Of a stretch of 64,000 nt of DNA, positions 1 through 10,463 are shown piece after piece (positions within the stretch are counted from its first letter, which is position 1; each line of letters begins with the position of its first letter). The DNA lies in NCBI GenBank assembly GCA_963803435.1, contig CAWDML010000001.1, forward strand, positions 1,376,001 through 1,440,000, written 5' to 3'. The translations under genes were made by a program, and so were the position numbers. Under the pieces are notes generated by a model. It was not told the DNA's origin, searched no databases, and saw only the letters and a program-made list of their open reading frames with translations. This DNA comes from an uncultured delta proteobacterium (GTDB taxonomy: Bacteria; Myxococcota; Kuafuiibacteriia; Kuafuiibacteriales; Kuafuiibacteriaceae).

Positions 1-2160
1 GGCCCCTCGCTCTCGCACCGGAGCGACCCGCCCAGCGCACGGGCAGCGTTCGCCGAGCTGTGCAGCCCGAACCCGTGCCCGTCCCGCTTCGTCGTGAAGC
101 CATGCTCGAAGATTCGATTCATGTTCTCCGGCCGAATGCCCACGCCAGTGTCCGTCACGATGATCCGCGCGTAGTCGCGGCCATCTCCATTGATCTCGAC
201 CGTCACCTTTCGGTCTACAGGGCTTTCTTCAGACACGGCCTGGCGGGCGTTGATCAGCAGGTTGAGCAGGATCTCGAGGACCCGGTGGCGATCGATGGCG
301 AAGGCCGGGATGTCCTGAAACACCCGCTCGAGCTCGACGCCGGTCCGGCTGAAGGCGTCCGCGGTGATCCGGAACGCGTCCTCGACCACGTCCGCCAGGC
401 TCACGACCTCGCGAAGCCCCACCGAATGGACGTGCGACTGCTGCGTGTCGATGACGACCTTGATGTGCTCGAGGTTTCCTCTGAGCAGCTCGACCTCGCT
501 CTTGAGCTCGGACGCCTCGTCGCACACCCTCCGGGAGGCGATCGACAGGTAGCGCGCCATCTTCCGGGCGCGCTCGTCCGAGACGTCGCGCTCCACATAC
601 TCCGCGATCGCGACGGCGGCCTTGCTGACCAGCACCGACTCCGACCTCCGGAGCTTCTCCATCACCAACGACGAGGAGACATTGACGCTGTTGAGCACGT
701 TTCCGATGTCGTGGAGGACGGAGGAGGCGACGTCCGACATCCCCTGGCGTCTGGCCAGCGAGCGCAGCTGGCCGTGCAAGTGCGACGCGCGGCAAGCTGC
801 CCGCACGCGGGCCCTGAGCTCGGCCGGAGAGAAGGGCTTCATGAGGAAGTCGTCCGCGCCCGCGTCCAGCCCGGCGACGGTGGCGGTGTCACCGCCGTAG
901 CCGGTCAACATGATGATCGGGATGTGCTGCAGGGCGAGGCTGGATTTCATCTGACGCGCGAGCTCGTATCCGTCCATCTCGGGCATCACCGCGTCGGCCA
1001 CCACCACGTCGAACGAGTGCTTCGACAGCAGAATCCAGCGCAGCCCGCCCGTCGGGGGCGACCGAGCAGCGGTACTCGCGCTCCAGGACCTCCCTGATGA
1101 CCGCTTGCACCTCCGGATTGTCGTCGACCACCAGGACCCGCGGCCCGGCGGTGGGAGTCCCACGCTGCGGCCGCTCCTCCGTCATCGAGCGCGGGACCTC
1201 GCGGGCCACAGCGGTCAGCGCAGCTCGAGCCACAACCGCCTCCGCCCGCGTCGTCTCCGCCGGGAACCGCATCGTGAACGTCGTCCCGACGCCCTCCTCG
1301 CTCTCCACGCCGATGGTGCCGCCGAGCAGACCCACGTGCTCCTTGACGAGCGCCAGGCCGAGGCCGCTGCCCGGACGCGGGGAGCGCACGCTCGGCCCTC
1401 GGCGCTGGAATCGCTCGAACAGGTGCGCCTGATCGCCCTTGCTGATCCCGATGCCGTCGTCGGAGACGACCAGGACCAGGTCGCCCCCGGCGCGCCGCAG
1501 CTTCACGCGGACGCTGCCACTCTCACGAGAGTACTTGATCGCGTTGCTGAGGAGGTTGAGGAGCGCATGCTCGACCAGCTCGGGATCGACCAGGACCGGA
1601 TCGAGCCTTTCGAGGTCCGCCTCAAGGCTGATCCGGCTGCGCTCGGCCAGCGGCCGGAAGTCCTCGACAATCGAGGACACGAACGGGACCAGATCAGTCG
1701 GTTGCGACCGGATCTCGATCCGGCCCGCATCCGCCGACAACAGCCCCAACACCTCGTCGACGAGACGCTCCAGCCGAGCCGAGCTGCGTGCGACCAGCTC
1801 CAGCTTGGCGGACGCCCCGTCCGGGAGATCCGGCCGCTCCATGAGGTCGGCCAGCGGTCCGGCAATCAGCGTCAACGGGGTTCGAAGCTCGTGGCTGAGG
1901 TTGGCGATGAAATCGGAGCGGACCGCGTCTGCGCGCAGGAGGCGCCGGTTCTCCTCCTCCAGCGCCTCGACCCGATGCCGAGCGCTCTCGAGGATGAAGT
2001 TGATCAGCCCGCTGAGCTTCGCGACCGTGCGGCTCTCGGTGTCGCTCTCAATCGTGAAGTCGAGGCTGCCTCCGACGCCGGCGGTGAGCTGAGCGCAGAT
2101 GTCGTCGACGTCGGCGACGACGGTCGCGACCCGCTCGCTGGGTTCCTCGCGCGAGAGCAT
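1..2160 (-). CDS. Cytoplasmic hybrid histidine kinase (HisKA-HATPase-REC-HisKA-HATPase), partial at window edge, apparent +1 frameshift at ~1031-1035
   Basis: H-box FIANLSHELRTPL, G-boxes DDGIGI and GSGLGL, then REC VLVVDD. Removing one base at GAATC 1031-1035 gives ...VVADAVMPEMDG...KPF, then a second H-box VLHDIGNVLN and DTGVGI/GHGFGL. ATG 2160 overlaps the upstream stop. Confidence 0.85.
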
Positions 2161-4247
2161 CACATGGCGACCGCTGCGCCGCGCACGGCCTGCGCCGCCG
2201 AACGGGGGTTCCAGCTCTCGGCCGGACGTCCCAGCAGGAAGCCCTGCGCGATGTCGCAACCCTCGGAGCGGAGGAAGGCGAGCTCCTCGGGTGTCTCGAT
2301 TCCCTCGCCCACGACCTCGAGGCCGAGGCGGTGACCCAGACCGATGATCGCGCTCGCGATCGATCCGCCGGAAGACTCCTTGCCGATCGTGCGCACGAAG
2401 GCTCGGTCGATCTTGACCACGTCGACCGCGAAACGATTGAGGTACGCCAGCGAGGAGTAGCCGGTCCCGAAGTCGTCGATCGCGATGCGGGTGCCGATCT
2501 GCTTGAGGCCCTGGAGCGTGGCGTTGGCCAGCTCGGTGTCCTTCATCAGCAGGCTTTCGGTGATCTCGAGCTCGAGGGCGGACGGGCTGATCCCGGCCTG
2601 CTTGGTGGCATCGAGGACGGTCTGGACGAGCCCTTCGCGCTCGAACTGCCGGGCGGAGAGATTCACGGCGACGCAGATCTCCGCGTGCCCGGCCTCATGC
2701 CACTCCGCGATCTTGAAGCAGGCTTGCCGTAGCACCCAGGCGCCCACGTCGATGATCATCTCGGTGTCTTCGAGCACGGGAATGAACTGGCCAGGGGGCA
2801 CCAGCGTGCCGTCGGAGCGCGTCATGCGCAGCAGCGCCTCCGCGCCGCGGACCAGGCCGGTCCGCAGATCGCGCATCGGCTGGTAATGGAGGACGAAGCG
2901 ATCGTTCTCGAGGGCTTCGCGGAGCTCGGTCTCGAGCGCGATCCGAGAGGGCAGCACCGAGTTGCTCTCGGCGTAGACGTTGACCTTGCTCCGCCCGCCC
3001 TGTTTGGCGAGGCGCATGGCGGTGCCGGCGTTGCGGAGGATCGAATCCGCGTCCTTCGCGGATCCACCCGAGGTCGTGACGCCCACGCTGGCCATCGGGA
3101 CGATGTCGACGCCGTTGAGGGCGACGACGTCCCGCATCCCGCGGAGCAGCTTGTTGCCCCACTCCATCATGGCATCGTCGCTCTCGACTCCGGGAAGGAG
3201 CACCGCGAACTCGTCGCTGCCCAGTCGACCGACCGCGCAGCTCGAGCCCGCGCAGACGGCGAGACGCTTGCCGACCTCGCGAAGGAACGAGTCGCCCGCG
3301 TCGTGGCCAAGGCTGTCGTTGATGGCGCCGAAGCGCTCGAGGCCCAGCAGCGCGATCCCGAAGGAGGCGGCGTTGTTGAGGTGGATCGCGACCTCGGAGC
3401 GGAAGGCGGTGTGGCTGAGCAGGCCGGTGAGGCTGTCGAGCCGCCGCAGCTCGGCGACCCGACGGTCCGCCTCGCGCCGCTCGACGGCGTAGCGAACCGC
3501 GCGATGGAACGACCGCGCCTGGATCTCCTGCGCGAAGCAGTAGTCGACCGCCCCGCGCGTGATGGTCTCTCGGGCCACCACCTCGGAGCGCTCGTCGGTG
3601 ACCACCAGGACGGCGACGTCGGGACAGAGATCCTTGATGACGACCAGACCGGTGAAGCGCGGTGCATGGAGCGTAGAGACCTCGGCGACGACCAGCGCCG
3701 GATCCTGCGCGAGCGCGGGCAATGCCTCGTCGATGGAGGCGGATGGCGGCTCGACCAGGAAGCCGTCCGCCTCGAGCTCGTGCGCGATCGTGGCCGACAT
3801 CTCCGTATCGGCAGCAATCACGACGGCCCGGCGTGCGCAGGACAGATCGACCGAGGTCTTGGTCTCGTGGTAGTGGAGGCCGCGCTCGATCGCCGACTGG
3901 AGCACGTCGACGCTCCAGGGCTTCGGGTGAACGGCGACGATCGCTTCATCGTGGAACGAGTCTCGGGTGAGATCGAGCTCCGGGAGACCGGTCACCACGA
4001 TGAACGCGGTGTCGGGGGCCACGGCGCGGAGGCGCTCGATCAGCTCGAGACCGCCCATCCCGGGCATGCGAAGATCGGTGACCACCACCGGATATCCGCG
4101 CTGCTCGACCAGCTGGAGCGCCTCGTACCCCGACCCCGCGAGGTCGATCCCGTAGCCAAACCGCTTGAACTGAATGTTGAATGCGCTCCGAGCCAGACGA
4201 TCATCGTCGACGTAGAGAATCCGCTTCGCCGCTGCCGAGGGTTCCAT
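2160..4247 (-). CDS. REC-REC-GGDEF(degenerate)-EAL protein, probable c-di-GMP phosphodiesterase
   Basis: REC ([13 protein letters not shown]). GGDEF motif reads GSDEF. EAL motifs intact: [38 protein letters not shown] precedes ATG 4247. Confidence 0.9.
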   Translation of the reverse strand: MEPSAAAKRILYVDDDRLARSAFNIQFKRFGYGIDLAGSGYEALQLVEQRGYPVVVTDLRMPGMGGLELIERLRAVAPDTAFIVVTGLPELDLTRDSFHDEAIVAVHPKPWSVDVLQSAIERGLHYHETKTSVDLSCARRAVVIAADTEMSATIAHELEADGFLVEPPSASIDEALPALAQDPALVVAEVSTLHAPRFTGLVVIKDLCPDVAVLVVTDERSEVVARETITRGAVDYCFAQEIQARSFHRAVRYAVERREADRRVAELRRLDSLTGLLSHTAFRSEVAIHLNNAASFGIALLGLERFGAINDSLGHDAGDSFLREVGKRLAVCAGSSCAVGRLGSDEFAVLLPGVESDDAMMEWGNKLLRGMRDVVALNGVDIVPMASVGVTTSGGSAKDADSILRNAGTAMRLAKQGGRSKVNVYAESNSVLPSRIALETELREALENDRFVLHYQPMRDLRTGLVRGAEALLRMTRSDGTLVPPGQFIPVLEDTEMIIDVGAWVLRQACFKIAEWHEAGHAEICVAVNLSARQFEREGLVQTVLDATKQAGISPSALELEITESLLMKDTELANATLQGLKQIGTRIAIDDFGTGYSSLAYLNRFAVDVVKIDRAFVRTIGKESSGGSIASAIIGLGHRLGLEVVGEGIETPEELAFLRSEGCDIAQGFLLGRPAESWNPRSAAQAVRGAAVAM

Positions 4248-5514
4248 GCGTTCTCCTGGTAGTTTCATTCGGCGCCCTATCCCGCCCACCCGTATAATCG
4301 TTCGGTCGCGTGGGAACTTTAAGGGAGATATCCCGCGCGCCGGCGACGAGCTCGTCCCAGAGGACCTTCTGCTCGCGGGACATGGCGAAGAATCGCAGCG
4401 ACAGGCGATAGCTCCGCCTGAACGCAGAAGCGGAGACGACGTTTCCGAAGACGCTCATGTTTCCTTTTGGGGTGTGAACGACCAGGCGGATCAGCTCCTG
4501 GAGTGGGAGCTGCTCCCGCCCCTCCATCATGAGCCCGTCGAACGCGATGCCGACCGATTGGTAGCGGAGGCTGGCCGCGCTTCGCTTCACCTCGACCACG
4601 AGAGAGACGGGGTAGGTCTCCCACCGCTGCTCCGAGGCATCGTCGGCGACCTTGCTCTTGGGATCGCGCTTCGAGGGCGTGCTCTCGGGGCATAGACGTG
4701 CCGCCGACTCCACCAGGCCAGGGATCGCGTTCAGCACATGCTCGCGCTCCTGGTCGTCGCGCAGCCTGACTCCGCCCTCGAGATCGCTCGGCATCACGCA
4801 GGCCGTGGAGCGGAGCACGCCGACCACCTGATCGGCAGCGACCACACACTCGACCAGCGGATGGCCCTCGGTCTCGCCGATGGCGATGAGGCGCATGACC
4901 TCCTGCAGAGCGTCCGGGAGACGCCACTTGTGGGCGATGATCAGCCCGATCTCCGCTTCGTAGATCTGGATGATGCCGATCCAGAAGCGCGCCGGCATCG
5001 CCGCGGCGCTCGGCTGTGCGGAGAGGAAGTGTTCGATGCAGCGGATCGCGACGACCTTGCCAAAGTCGCACAGGAGCCCGCAGAGGAAGGCCATGTCCGA
5101 CTTGATACCGCGATGCTTTGCCAGCATCTCCGAGGCCTGAGCGCGCATCACCGTCCGCGACCAGACCGCACGCCTCACCTCGGCGAGCGGCCCGTGGATC
5201 GCGACACTTGGATGAAGGCCTGCGATGCAGGCGAGCGAGAGGAGCTGCTCGATCCCCATGAATGTGATCGCGCGGGCGAGCGAGGTGACCTCGCGGCGGA
5301 GCCCGCTCGTGGCCGAGTTGGAGTAGCGCAGCACCTGAGCGGAGAGCGCCTGGTCGGCCTTGACCAGGTCGACCACGTCCTGGATCCAGAAGTCTTCCTG
5401 CTCGAGCAGCTGGGTGAGCCGGACCGCCTGTGTAGGATAGGGAGGGATCTGCAGCCGATCGCTCTGGATCAGCATTCTGATCCCCCGAACGACGCGATCT
5501 CGATATTCGTCCAC
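4201..5514 (-). CDS. HDOD domain protein with C-terminal PilZ-like domain
   Basis: [31 protein letters not shown] and WRLP are HDOD motifs (HD degenerate). The C-terminal beta-rich segment resembles PilZ. Confidence 0.75.
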   Translation of the reverse strand: MDEYRDRVVRGIRMLIQSDRLQIPPYPTQAVRLTQLLEQEDFWIQDVVDLVKADQALSAQVLRYSNSATSGLRREVTSLARAITFMGIEQLLSLACIAGLHPSVAIHGPLAEVRRAVWSRTVMRAQASEMLAKHRGIKSDMAFLCGLLCDFGKVVAIRCIEHFLSAQPSAAAMPARFWIGIIQIYEAEIGLIIAHKWRLPDALQEVMRLIAIGETEGHPLVECVVAADQVVGVLRSTACVMPSDLEGGVRLRDDQEREHVLNAIPGLVESAARLCPESTPSKRDPKSKVADDASEQRWETYPVSLVVEVKRSAASLRYQSVGIAFDGLMMEGREQLPLQELIRLVVHTPKGNMSVFGNVVSASAFRRSYRLSLRFFAMSREQKVLWDELVAGARDISLKVPTRPNDYTGGRDRAPNETTRRTHGTLGSGEADSLRRR

Positions 5515-5524
5515 GGCTCGAGCT

Positions 5525-6463
5525 CTACGCCGCCGCCAGCGAGCGCTGTTCGGTCTCGAAGCGAGTGCGCACGCGCTCCTCGATCAGCCCGAGATCCTCG
5601 GGTGTGATACCGAGCGCCAGCAGGGTCGGGTCGTCGACCTCATCGGCCTCGGCGTCGTCGTCTTCGTGGTCGGCGTCGTCCTCGAAGTCTTCGGTCTGAT
5701 CGTCCGGCTCGACCTTATCCGAGCCAATCCCGAGCAGATGGACCATGCGATTGGCGGCCGAGGTCACCTGGCAGAGCTCGAGGTTCTCCTCGGCCAGCAC
5801 CTCGGCGGACTCAGGATCGTGATGAAGCAAGATCGCGTCGTGGAGCGCCTGGGAGAGCGACCAGCGCGAGATCAGCAGCGCGCCCACCTCGGCGTGCGTG
5901 AAGCCGAACAGCTCCTGCTCCGCCTCACTTGCGCTGATCCCGAGATCCTTCGCCAGGCCGAGGCAGGCGGCCAGCTTGTCGCGCTCGCCGTTGTTCATGA
6001 CCACCCGGCCGACGTCGTGCATGAGGCCGGCGACGAACGCCTCCTCGACGCAGCGCAGCCGCTTCTGCTCGGCGATGGCCTGCGCCGCCAGCCCGCAGGC
6101 GACCGAGTGCTCCCACATCGCCTTCTCGATCTGACCGAACCGCTTGTAGACGGCCCGGTAGGAGGCGGCGACGATCAAGTTCTCCATCGTCTTGAAGCCG
6201 AGCATCACGGCGGCCTGGTGAATGTTCTGGATCTCGGCGACCGGACAATAGGCGACCGAGTTGGCGACGCTCAGCATTCGGGTGGTCAGGCCCTGATCCT
6301 GCGCGACGATGTCGGCCAGCATGTGCGCGCTCGTGCGCTGATCCGCGATGGCGGTCAGGGCACGCGACGCCACCAGCGGGATCGTCGGTAATCTGAAGTT
6401 ACGATCGATCAGCTCCGCCAGCCGCTTGGGATCGTTCCGGGTAGTGATCATCTCCGTTTGCAC
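5525..6463 (-). CDS. HDOD domain protein
   Basis: LPTIP, DQGLTTRMLSVANS, WEHS, AFVAGLMHDVGR, GFTHAEVG, HHDP. Confidence 0.9.
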   Translation of the reverse strand: MQTEMITTRNDPKRLAELIDRNFRLPTIPLVASRALTAIADQRTSAHMLADIVAQDQGLTTRMLSVANSVAYCPVAEIQNIHQAAVMLGFKTMENLIVAASYRAVYKRFGQIEKAMWEHSVACGLAAQAIAEQKRLRCVEEAFVAGLMHDVGRVVMNNGERDKLAACLGLAKDLGISASEAEQELFGFTHAEVGALLISRWSLSQALHDAILLHHDPESAEVLAEENLELCQVTSAANRMVHLLGIGSDKVEPDDQTEDFEDDADHEDDDAEADEVDDPTLLALGITPEDLGLIEERVRTRFETEQRSLAAA

Positions 6464-6472
6464 AGCGTCCCC

Positions 6473-6964
6473 CTACTGAACGACGAACTCGCCGAAGTAG
6501 ATGTCCTTCACACGCTCTTTGCCGAGGTCCTCCTGAGCGCGGGCCAGGAGCTCGTGGCGGATCTTGTCCTTGCCGGCCTCACCGCGGGTGTCGTCGACCC
6601 TGAGGCTCGAGAGATAGCGGATGAAGCCGTCCCGGAGCTTGTGCTTCTCCACGTCGAACTTGGAGACCGCGTCGGGCGCGTTCGTGAGCTCGACGCTCAT
6701 CGAAGCCTTCAGATAGCGCGGAGCACCGCTCTCATCGAGGTTGACGACGAACGTATCCATCGCGGCGAGCTGCCCGGGTGCGGCCTCCTCCTCGGGCGCG
6801 GCTTCCTCCTGCGCGGCGCCGGCCGCGGGCATGTGCATCAGCGTGAAGCCGACGAACCCGGTCGCGCCCAGGTTGAGCACGCCGATGACGAGCGCCAGGA
6901 GCGGCAATGGACCACCGCCCTTCGGCTTCTCGGCCTTCTCGGGCTTGTTCTCGGGCTCGCTCAT
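6473..6964 (-). CDS. fliL: Flagellar basal body-associated protein FliL
   Basis: N-terminal TM helix, FVVNL, RYLK, LRD, C-terminal IYFGEFVVQ. ATG overlaps the stop of the upstream gene (ATGA). Confidence 0.9.
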   Translation of the reverse strand: MSEPENKPEKAEKPKGGGPLPLLALVIGVLNLGATGFVGFTLMHMPAAGAAQEEAAPEEEAAPGQLAAMDTFVVNLDESGAPRYLKASMSVELTNAPDAVSKFDVEKHKLRDGFIRYLSSLRVDDTRGEAGKDKIRHELLARAQEDLGKERVKDIYFGEFVVQ

Positions 6965-8124
6965 GCTGCACTCTCCCACCCGGCGCTCACCTGGAGTCGC
7001 CCGGAACCAAACAACGCTGCGCCGGCCGCAACCGCGGTCTGCGCGTCCTCGCTCCAGCCGCAGGGAATCTGGAACACTTCCTGGACCCGCTCCTGGATGA
7101 GCGGAATGAACGTCGTCCCACCGATCATCATCACGCCTGCGAGATCCACCGGGCGGGCGCCTGCGGCCACCACCGTCCGAGCGCTCGTCGAGATCGATCT
7201 CTCGACCAGCTCCCGCCAGAGCGTTTCGGCCGCAACCCGCGGAACCTTTATCGCGACCGTCCCTTTGGCGCCTGCGTCGCGTATGCGGATGTTGGTCTCG
7301 GCCGAGGACGAGAGCGCGCGCTTGCCGAGCTCCGACATGCGGACCACCTGGTCCCACAGGACCCGGTCCTTGGTCGGGTCGAGCCCGACGGTGCGCCACA
7401 TCTCGTTGCCGATCCAGCGCGCGAGCTCGGCGTCGAAGTCGTCGCCGCCCAAGCACTGATCACCGTCGCTCGCAAAGACCTCGAACAAGTCTCCCCGCTG
7501 GGCGACCACCGTGGCGTCGAAAGTACCGCCGCCGAAGTCGTAGACCAGGAACCTGCGATCCTGCTCGGCGCGTCCCACCCCGAACGAAAGCGCGCCGGCC
7601 ACCGGCTCGGGCAGGAGCTCCACCTCGCGAAAACCGGCCATGTGCGCCGCGGCGAGCGTCTCCTGCCGCGCCGCCAGAGGCGCGCGGGCGGGCGCGGTCA
7701 CGACGGCCCGATCGATCCTGGCCCGCAGCTTGGTCTCGACCAGCGCCTTGAGCTCGCGCATGACGATGGCGGCGATCTCGGGCGGCGAGTGCTCCCCTTG
7801 TGTGGTCTTGATCCGGACCTCGCCGTGGTGACCCTTGCGCATTCGAACCGCAGTGACGCTGTCGACGAATTGACGCTCGGGTGACTCATAGGGGCTGCCG
7901 AGTAGGCGCTTGAACCCGACCACCACATCCGTGGGATCACGAGCGCGCATCAGCGCCGCCTCGGCTCCCACCACCGGCGGACCCTTAGGAGGAAAGTAGA
8001 CGGCCGTGGGAATGCAGGCATCACCGCGTCCATCGAGGGCGAAGTGGACGCGCTCGTTCACGTAGACGGCTGCGGTGGAGAAGCTGGCTCCAAAGTCGAT
8101 TCCGATGACGATCTCCCCGCTCAC
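6961..8124 (-). CDS. Hsp70-family protein, nucleotide-binding domain only (387 aa)
   Basis: GIDFG, AVVTAPA, PEPVAGAL, YDFGGGTFD, LGGDDFD, IGGTT, AVAAGAA. Ends before any substrate-binding domain. Confidence 0.85.
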   Translation of the reverse strand: MSGEIVIGIDFGASFSTAAVYVNERVHFALDGRGDACIPTAVYFPPKGPPVVGAEAALMRARDPTDVVVGFKRLLGSPYESPERQFVDSVTAVRMRKGHHGEVRIKTTQGEHSPPEIAAIVMRELKALVETKLRARIDRAVVTAPARAPLAARQETLAAAHMAGFREVELLPEPVAGALSFGVGRAEQDRRFLVYDFGGGTFDATVVAQRGDLFEVFASDGDQCLGGDDFDAELARWIGNEMWRTVGLDPTKDRVLWDQVVRMSELGKRALSSSAETNIRIRDAGAKGTVAIKVPRVAAETLWRELVERSISTSARTVVAAGARPVDLAGVMMIGGTTFIPLIQERVQEVFQIPCGWSEDAQTAVAAGAALFGSGRLQVSAGWESAA

Positions 8125-8131
8125 GCCTGGA

Positions 8132-8158
8132 GACTCGACCGGACCCCTCGATTCCTAA
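8132..8158 (-). promoter_or_regulatory. Possible sigma28-type promoter for the hsp70-fliL operon
   Basis: TTAG-N15-GTCGAGTC on the minus strand. The -10 box is nearly identical to that upstream of flgM (GTCGAGTT). Confidence 0.4.
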
Positions 8159-8167
8159 GAGAGCGAC

Positions 8168-8194
8168 TCAAGTTTGCGTGGCTCGAGCCGATGA
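8168..8194 (+). promoter_or_regulatory. Sigma28-type promoter upstream of the FleQ-like activator
   Basis: TCAA-N15-GCCGATGA versus consensus TAAA-N15-GCCGATAA. Confidence 0.6.
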
Positions 8195-8216
8195 CTGATC
8201 TCGGACGAAAAGCCCC

Positions 8217-9218
8217 ATGAACCACGGAACAGAAACGATCGACCTACTCGACTGGAAAGACTCGTTCGCCGACGAGATGGTGGGTGAGTCGCGCTCCTTG
8301 CTCGATCAGATTCGAGTCGCCCGCCGCGTCGCCGAGACCGACTGCACCGTGCTCATCACGGGTGAGACGGGTACCGGTAAGGAGCTCATGGCGCAGGCCA
8401 TCCACTGCGCCTCCGTCCGCGCCGACGGGCCGTTCGTGGCGGTGAACTGCGCGGCCATCCCCGACGACCTGATCGAAGACGAGCTCTTCGGGCACGTCGC
8501 CGGCGCCTTCTCGGGCGCGCTCAAGGATCGCGCGGGTACCGTGATGCGCGCGAACAATGGGACCTTGTTCCTGGATGAGGTCGGCGAGCTGCCGCCCCGG
8601 GCGCAGGCCAAGCTCCTCCGGATGCTCCAGGAGCACATCGTCACGCCGATCGGCTCCGACGAACCGCAGCACGTCGACATCCGCATCGTCTCCGCGACCC
8701 ATCGCGACCTGGCCCAGATGGTGCGCGAAGGGACGTTCCGTGAGGACCTCGTCTACCGCCTCAACGTCATTCCCATCGACCTTCCCCCGCTCCGCAACCG
8801 CGGTCAGGACGTCCTCGAGATCGCGACGTCGTTCCTTCGCCTGGCCTCGATCCGCTACAAGCGTGAGGTGATCGGGTTCTCGCCGGCGGCCAAGCGCGCG
8901 CTGGTCAACCATCCCTGGCCGGGAAACGTCCGAGAGCTGCGAAACGCCGTCGATCGCGCCGTGCTGCTCTCGCGCGCCGACCAGATCGAGCCCAAGGACC
9001 TGGGCCTCGCCGAGGCCGACGGGCCGATGACGGACGTCATCGAGGACGAGGTCACGCTCACCGCCGATCTGGACCTCAAGAAGGCGCTCAGAAAGACCGA
9101 GATCGAGTTGATCGAGAAGGCGCTCGAGAAGACCGGTGGGAACCGCACCGAGGCCGCCGCTCTCCTCGGCCTCAATCGCACCACGCTCGTCGAGAAGCTC
9201 AAGAAGACCTCCGTCTGA
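8217..9218 (+). CDS. Sigma54-dependent enhancer-binding protein, FleQ/FlrA-like, with no N-terminal sensor domain
   Basis: [41 protein letters not shown], Fis-type [21 protein letters not shown]; directly upstream of flgB. Confidence 0.9.
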   Translation: MNHGTETIDLLDWKDSFADEMVGESRSLLDQIRVARRVAETDCTVLITGETGTGKELMAQAIHCASVRADGPFVAVNCAAIPDDLIEDELFGHVAGAFSGALKDRAGTVMRANNGTLFLDEVGELPPRAQAKLLRMLQEHIVTPIGSDEPQHVDIRIVSATHRDLAQMVREGTFREDLVYRLNVIPIDLPPLRNRGQDVLEIATSFLRLASIRYKREVIGFSPAAKRALVNHPWPGNVRELRNAVDRAVLLSRADQIEPKDLGLAEADGPMTDVIEDEVTLTADLDLKKALRKTEIELIEKALEKTGGNRTEAAALLGLNRTTLVEKLKKTSV

Positions 9219-9243
9219 CGTCAAGGTTGGCGACGCCGCCAAC
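9215..9243 (+). promoter_or_regulatory. Partial copy of the putative upstream activator motif, plus inverted repeat GTTGGCG-N4-CGCCAAC
   Basis: CTGACG and CGTCAA-N5-GCGAC upstream of the flgB sigma54 box. Confidence 0.4.
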
Positions 9244-9285
9244 GAATCCCCGCCCTCCCCACAATCAAATCGGACCGGATCGAGT

Positions 9286-9301
9286 TGGCCTCGTGCTTGC
9301 T
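9286..9301 (+). promoter_or_regulatory. Sigma54 -24/-12 promoter (flgB operon)
   Basis: TGGCCTCGTGCTTGCT matches TGGC-N7-TTGCW spacing. Confidence 0.75.
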
Positions 9302-9316
9302 CTGGAGGAGACCGCG

Positions 9317-9700
9317 ATGAAACTGTTCGGCTCGCTCTCCAACCTCGAGCGCACGATGTCGTTCCTCCGCGAGCGGAACACGGTCGTCGCCAGCAACATC
9401 GCCAACCTCGAGACGCCCGGGTATCGACCCTCTGACCTGGTGCGCACCTCGACGGACGAGGCCGGCGACTTCCAGACCATGATGCGTACGCACGCCTCGC
9501 ACCTGGCCGCCGCCGAGCCGGTCGAGGGCGGCGAGCTGGTCACGACCGACGACCGCGAGCCCGGGCTCGACGGCAACACCGTCAGCCTCGAGCAACAGAT
9601 GGCCAAGCTGAGCGAGACGCGCGTGCGCTTCGCCGCAGCCAGCACCGTCACCTCCAAGCGGCTGGCGCTCCTGCGCTACGCCGCGGGCGACGGGGTTTGA
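9317..9700 (+). CDS. flgB: Flagellar basal-body rod protein FlgB
   Basis: VASNIANLETPGY, DGNTVSLEQQM; GGAGG upstream. Confidence 0.93.
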   Translation: MKLFGSLSNLERTMSFLRERNTVVASNIANLETPGYRPSDLVRTSTDEAGDFQTMMRTHASHLAAAEPVEGGELVTTDDREPGLDGNTVSLEQQMAKLSETRVRFAAASTVTSKRLALLRYAAGDGV

Positions 9701-9711
9701 GGAGAAGACTG

Positions 9712-10140
9712 ATGAACCTGCTCGATTCGATGAAGGTATCCGCGTCCGGCCTGGCCGCGCAGCGCACCCGGATGCAGGTGGCCTCGGCCAACCTGGCCAA
9801 CGCCTCCACCACGCGGACGCCCGAGGGCGGCCCTTACAAGAGGCGCGACGTGGTCTTCGAGAGCACCGCGCCCGACGGCGACCTGGCGGCCGGCGACGCG
9901 GGCGGTGCGATCAACGAGGTCCAGGTCGCGGAGGTCGTCGAGGATCAGGCGGCGCCGCGGCTCGAGTACGACCCCGGCCATCCCGACGCCGACGCCAACG
10001 GCTACGTCGCGTACCCGAACGTCTCGGTGGTCGAGGAGATGGTCGACATGATCACGGCGTCGCGCGCCTACGAGGCGGGCCTGACGTCGCTCGAGACGAC
10101 CGTCTCGATGGCCGAGCGCGCGCTCGAGATCGGGAGATAA
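9712..10140 (+). CDS. flgC: Flagellar basal-body rod protein FlgC
   Basis: SGLAAQRTRM, NLANA, GPYKRR, YDPGHPDADANGYVAYPNV. Confidence 0.95.
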   Translation: MNLLDSMKVSASGLAAQRTRMQVASANLANASTTRTPEGGPYKRRDVVFESTAPDGDLAAGDAGGAINEVQVAEVVEDQAAPRLEYDPGHPDADANGYVAYPNVSVVEEMVDMITASRAYEAGLTSLETTVSMAERALEIGR

Positions 10141-10143
10141 ACG

Positions 10144-10452
10144 GTGGCACGCATCGACGCCTATCGCGCAAATCCGATCGCCGCGCCGGCGACCACTCCG
10201 CTGCGTGGCCCCCAGAAGAGCGGCGCCGCCGAGAAGACCGGGTTCTCCGACATGCTGGTCGACTCGATGAAGGAGGCCGCCCACGCCGAGACCCAGGCCG
10301 AGACCGCGGCCGCCGACATGGTCTCAGGAAAGGCCGACATCCACGAGGCGATCATCGCCCAGGAGAAGGCCGGCATCGCGCTCCGCTTCGCGGTCACCTT
10401 GAAGAACAAAGCCGTCGAGGCGTACCGCGAGATCATGAACACGCAGATTTGA
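10144..10452 (+). CDS. fliE: Flagellar hook-basal body protein FliE
   Basis: C-terminal KNKAVEAYREIMNTQI; position after flgC. Confidence 0.92.
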   Translation: MARIDAYRANPIAAPATTPLRGPQKSGAAEKTGFSDMLVDSMKEAAHAETQAETAAADMVSGKADIHEAIIAQEKAGIALRFAVTLKNKAVEAYREIMNTQI

Positions 10453-10463
10453 TGAGCTGAGCC

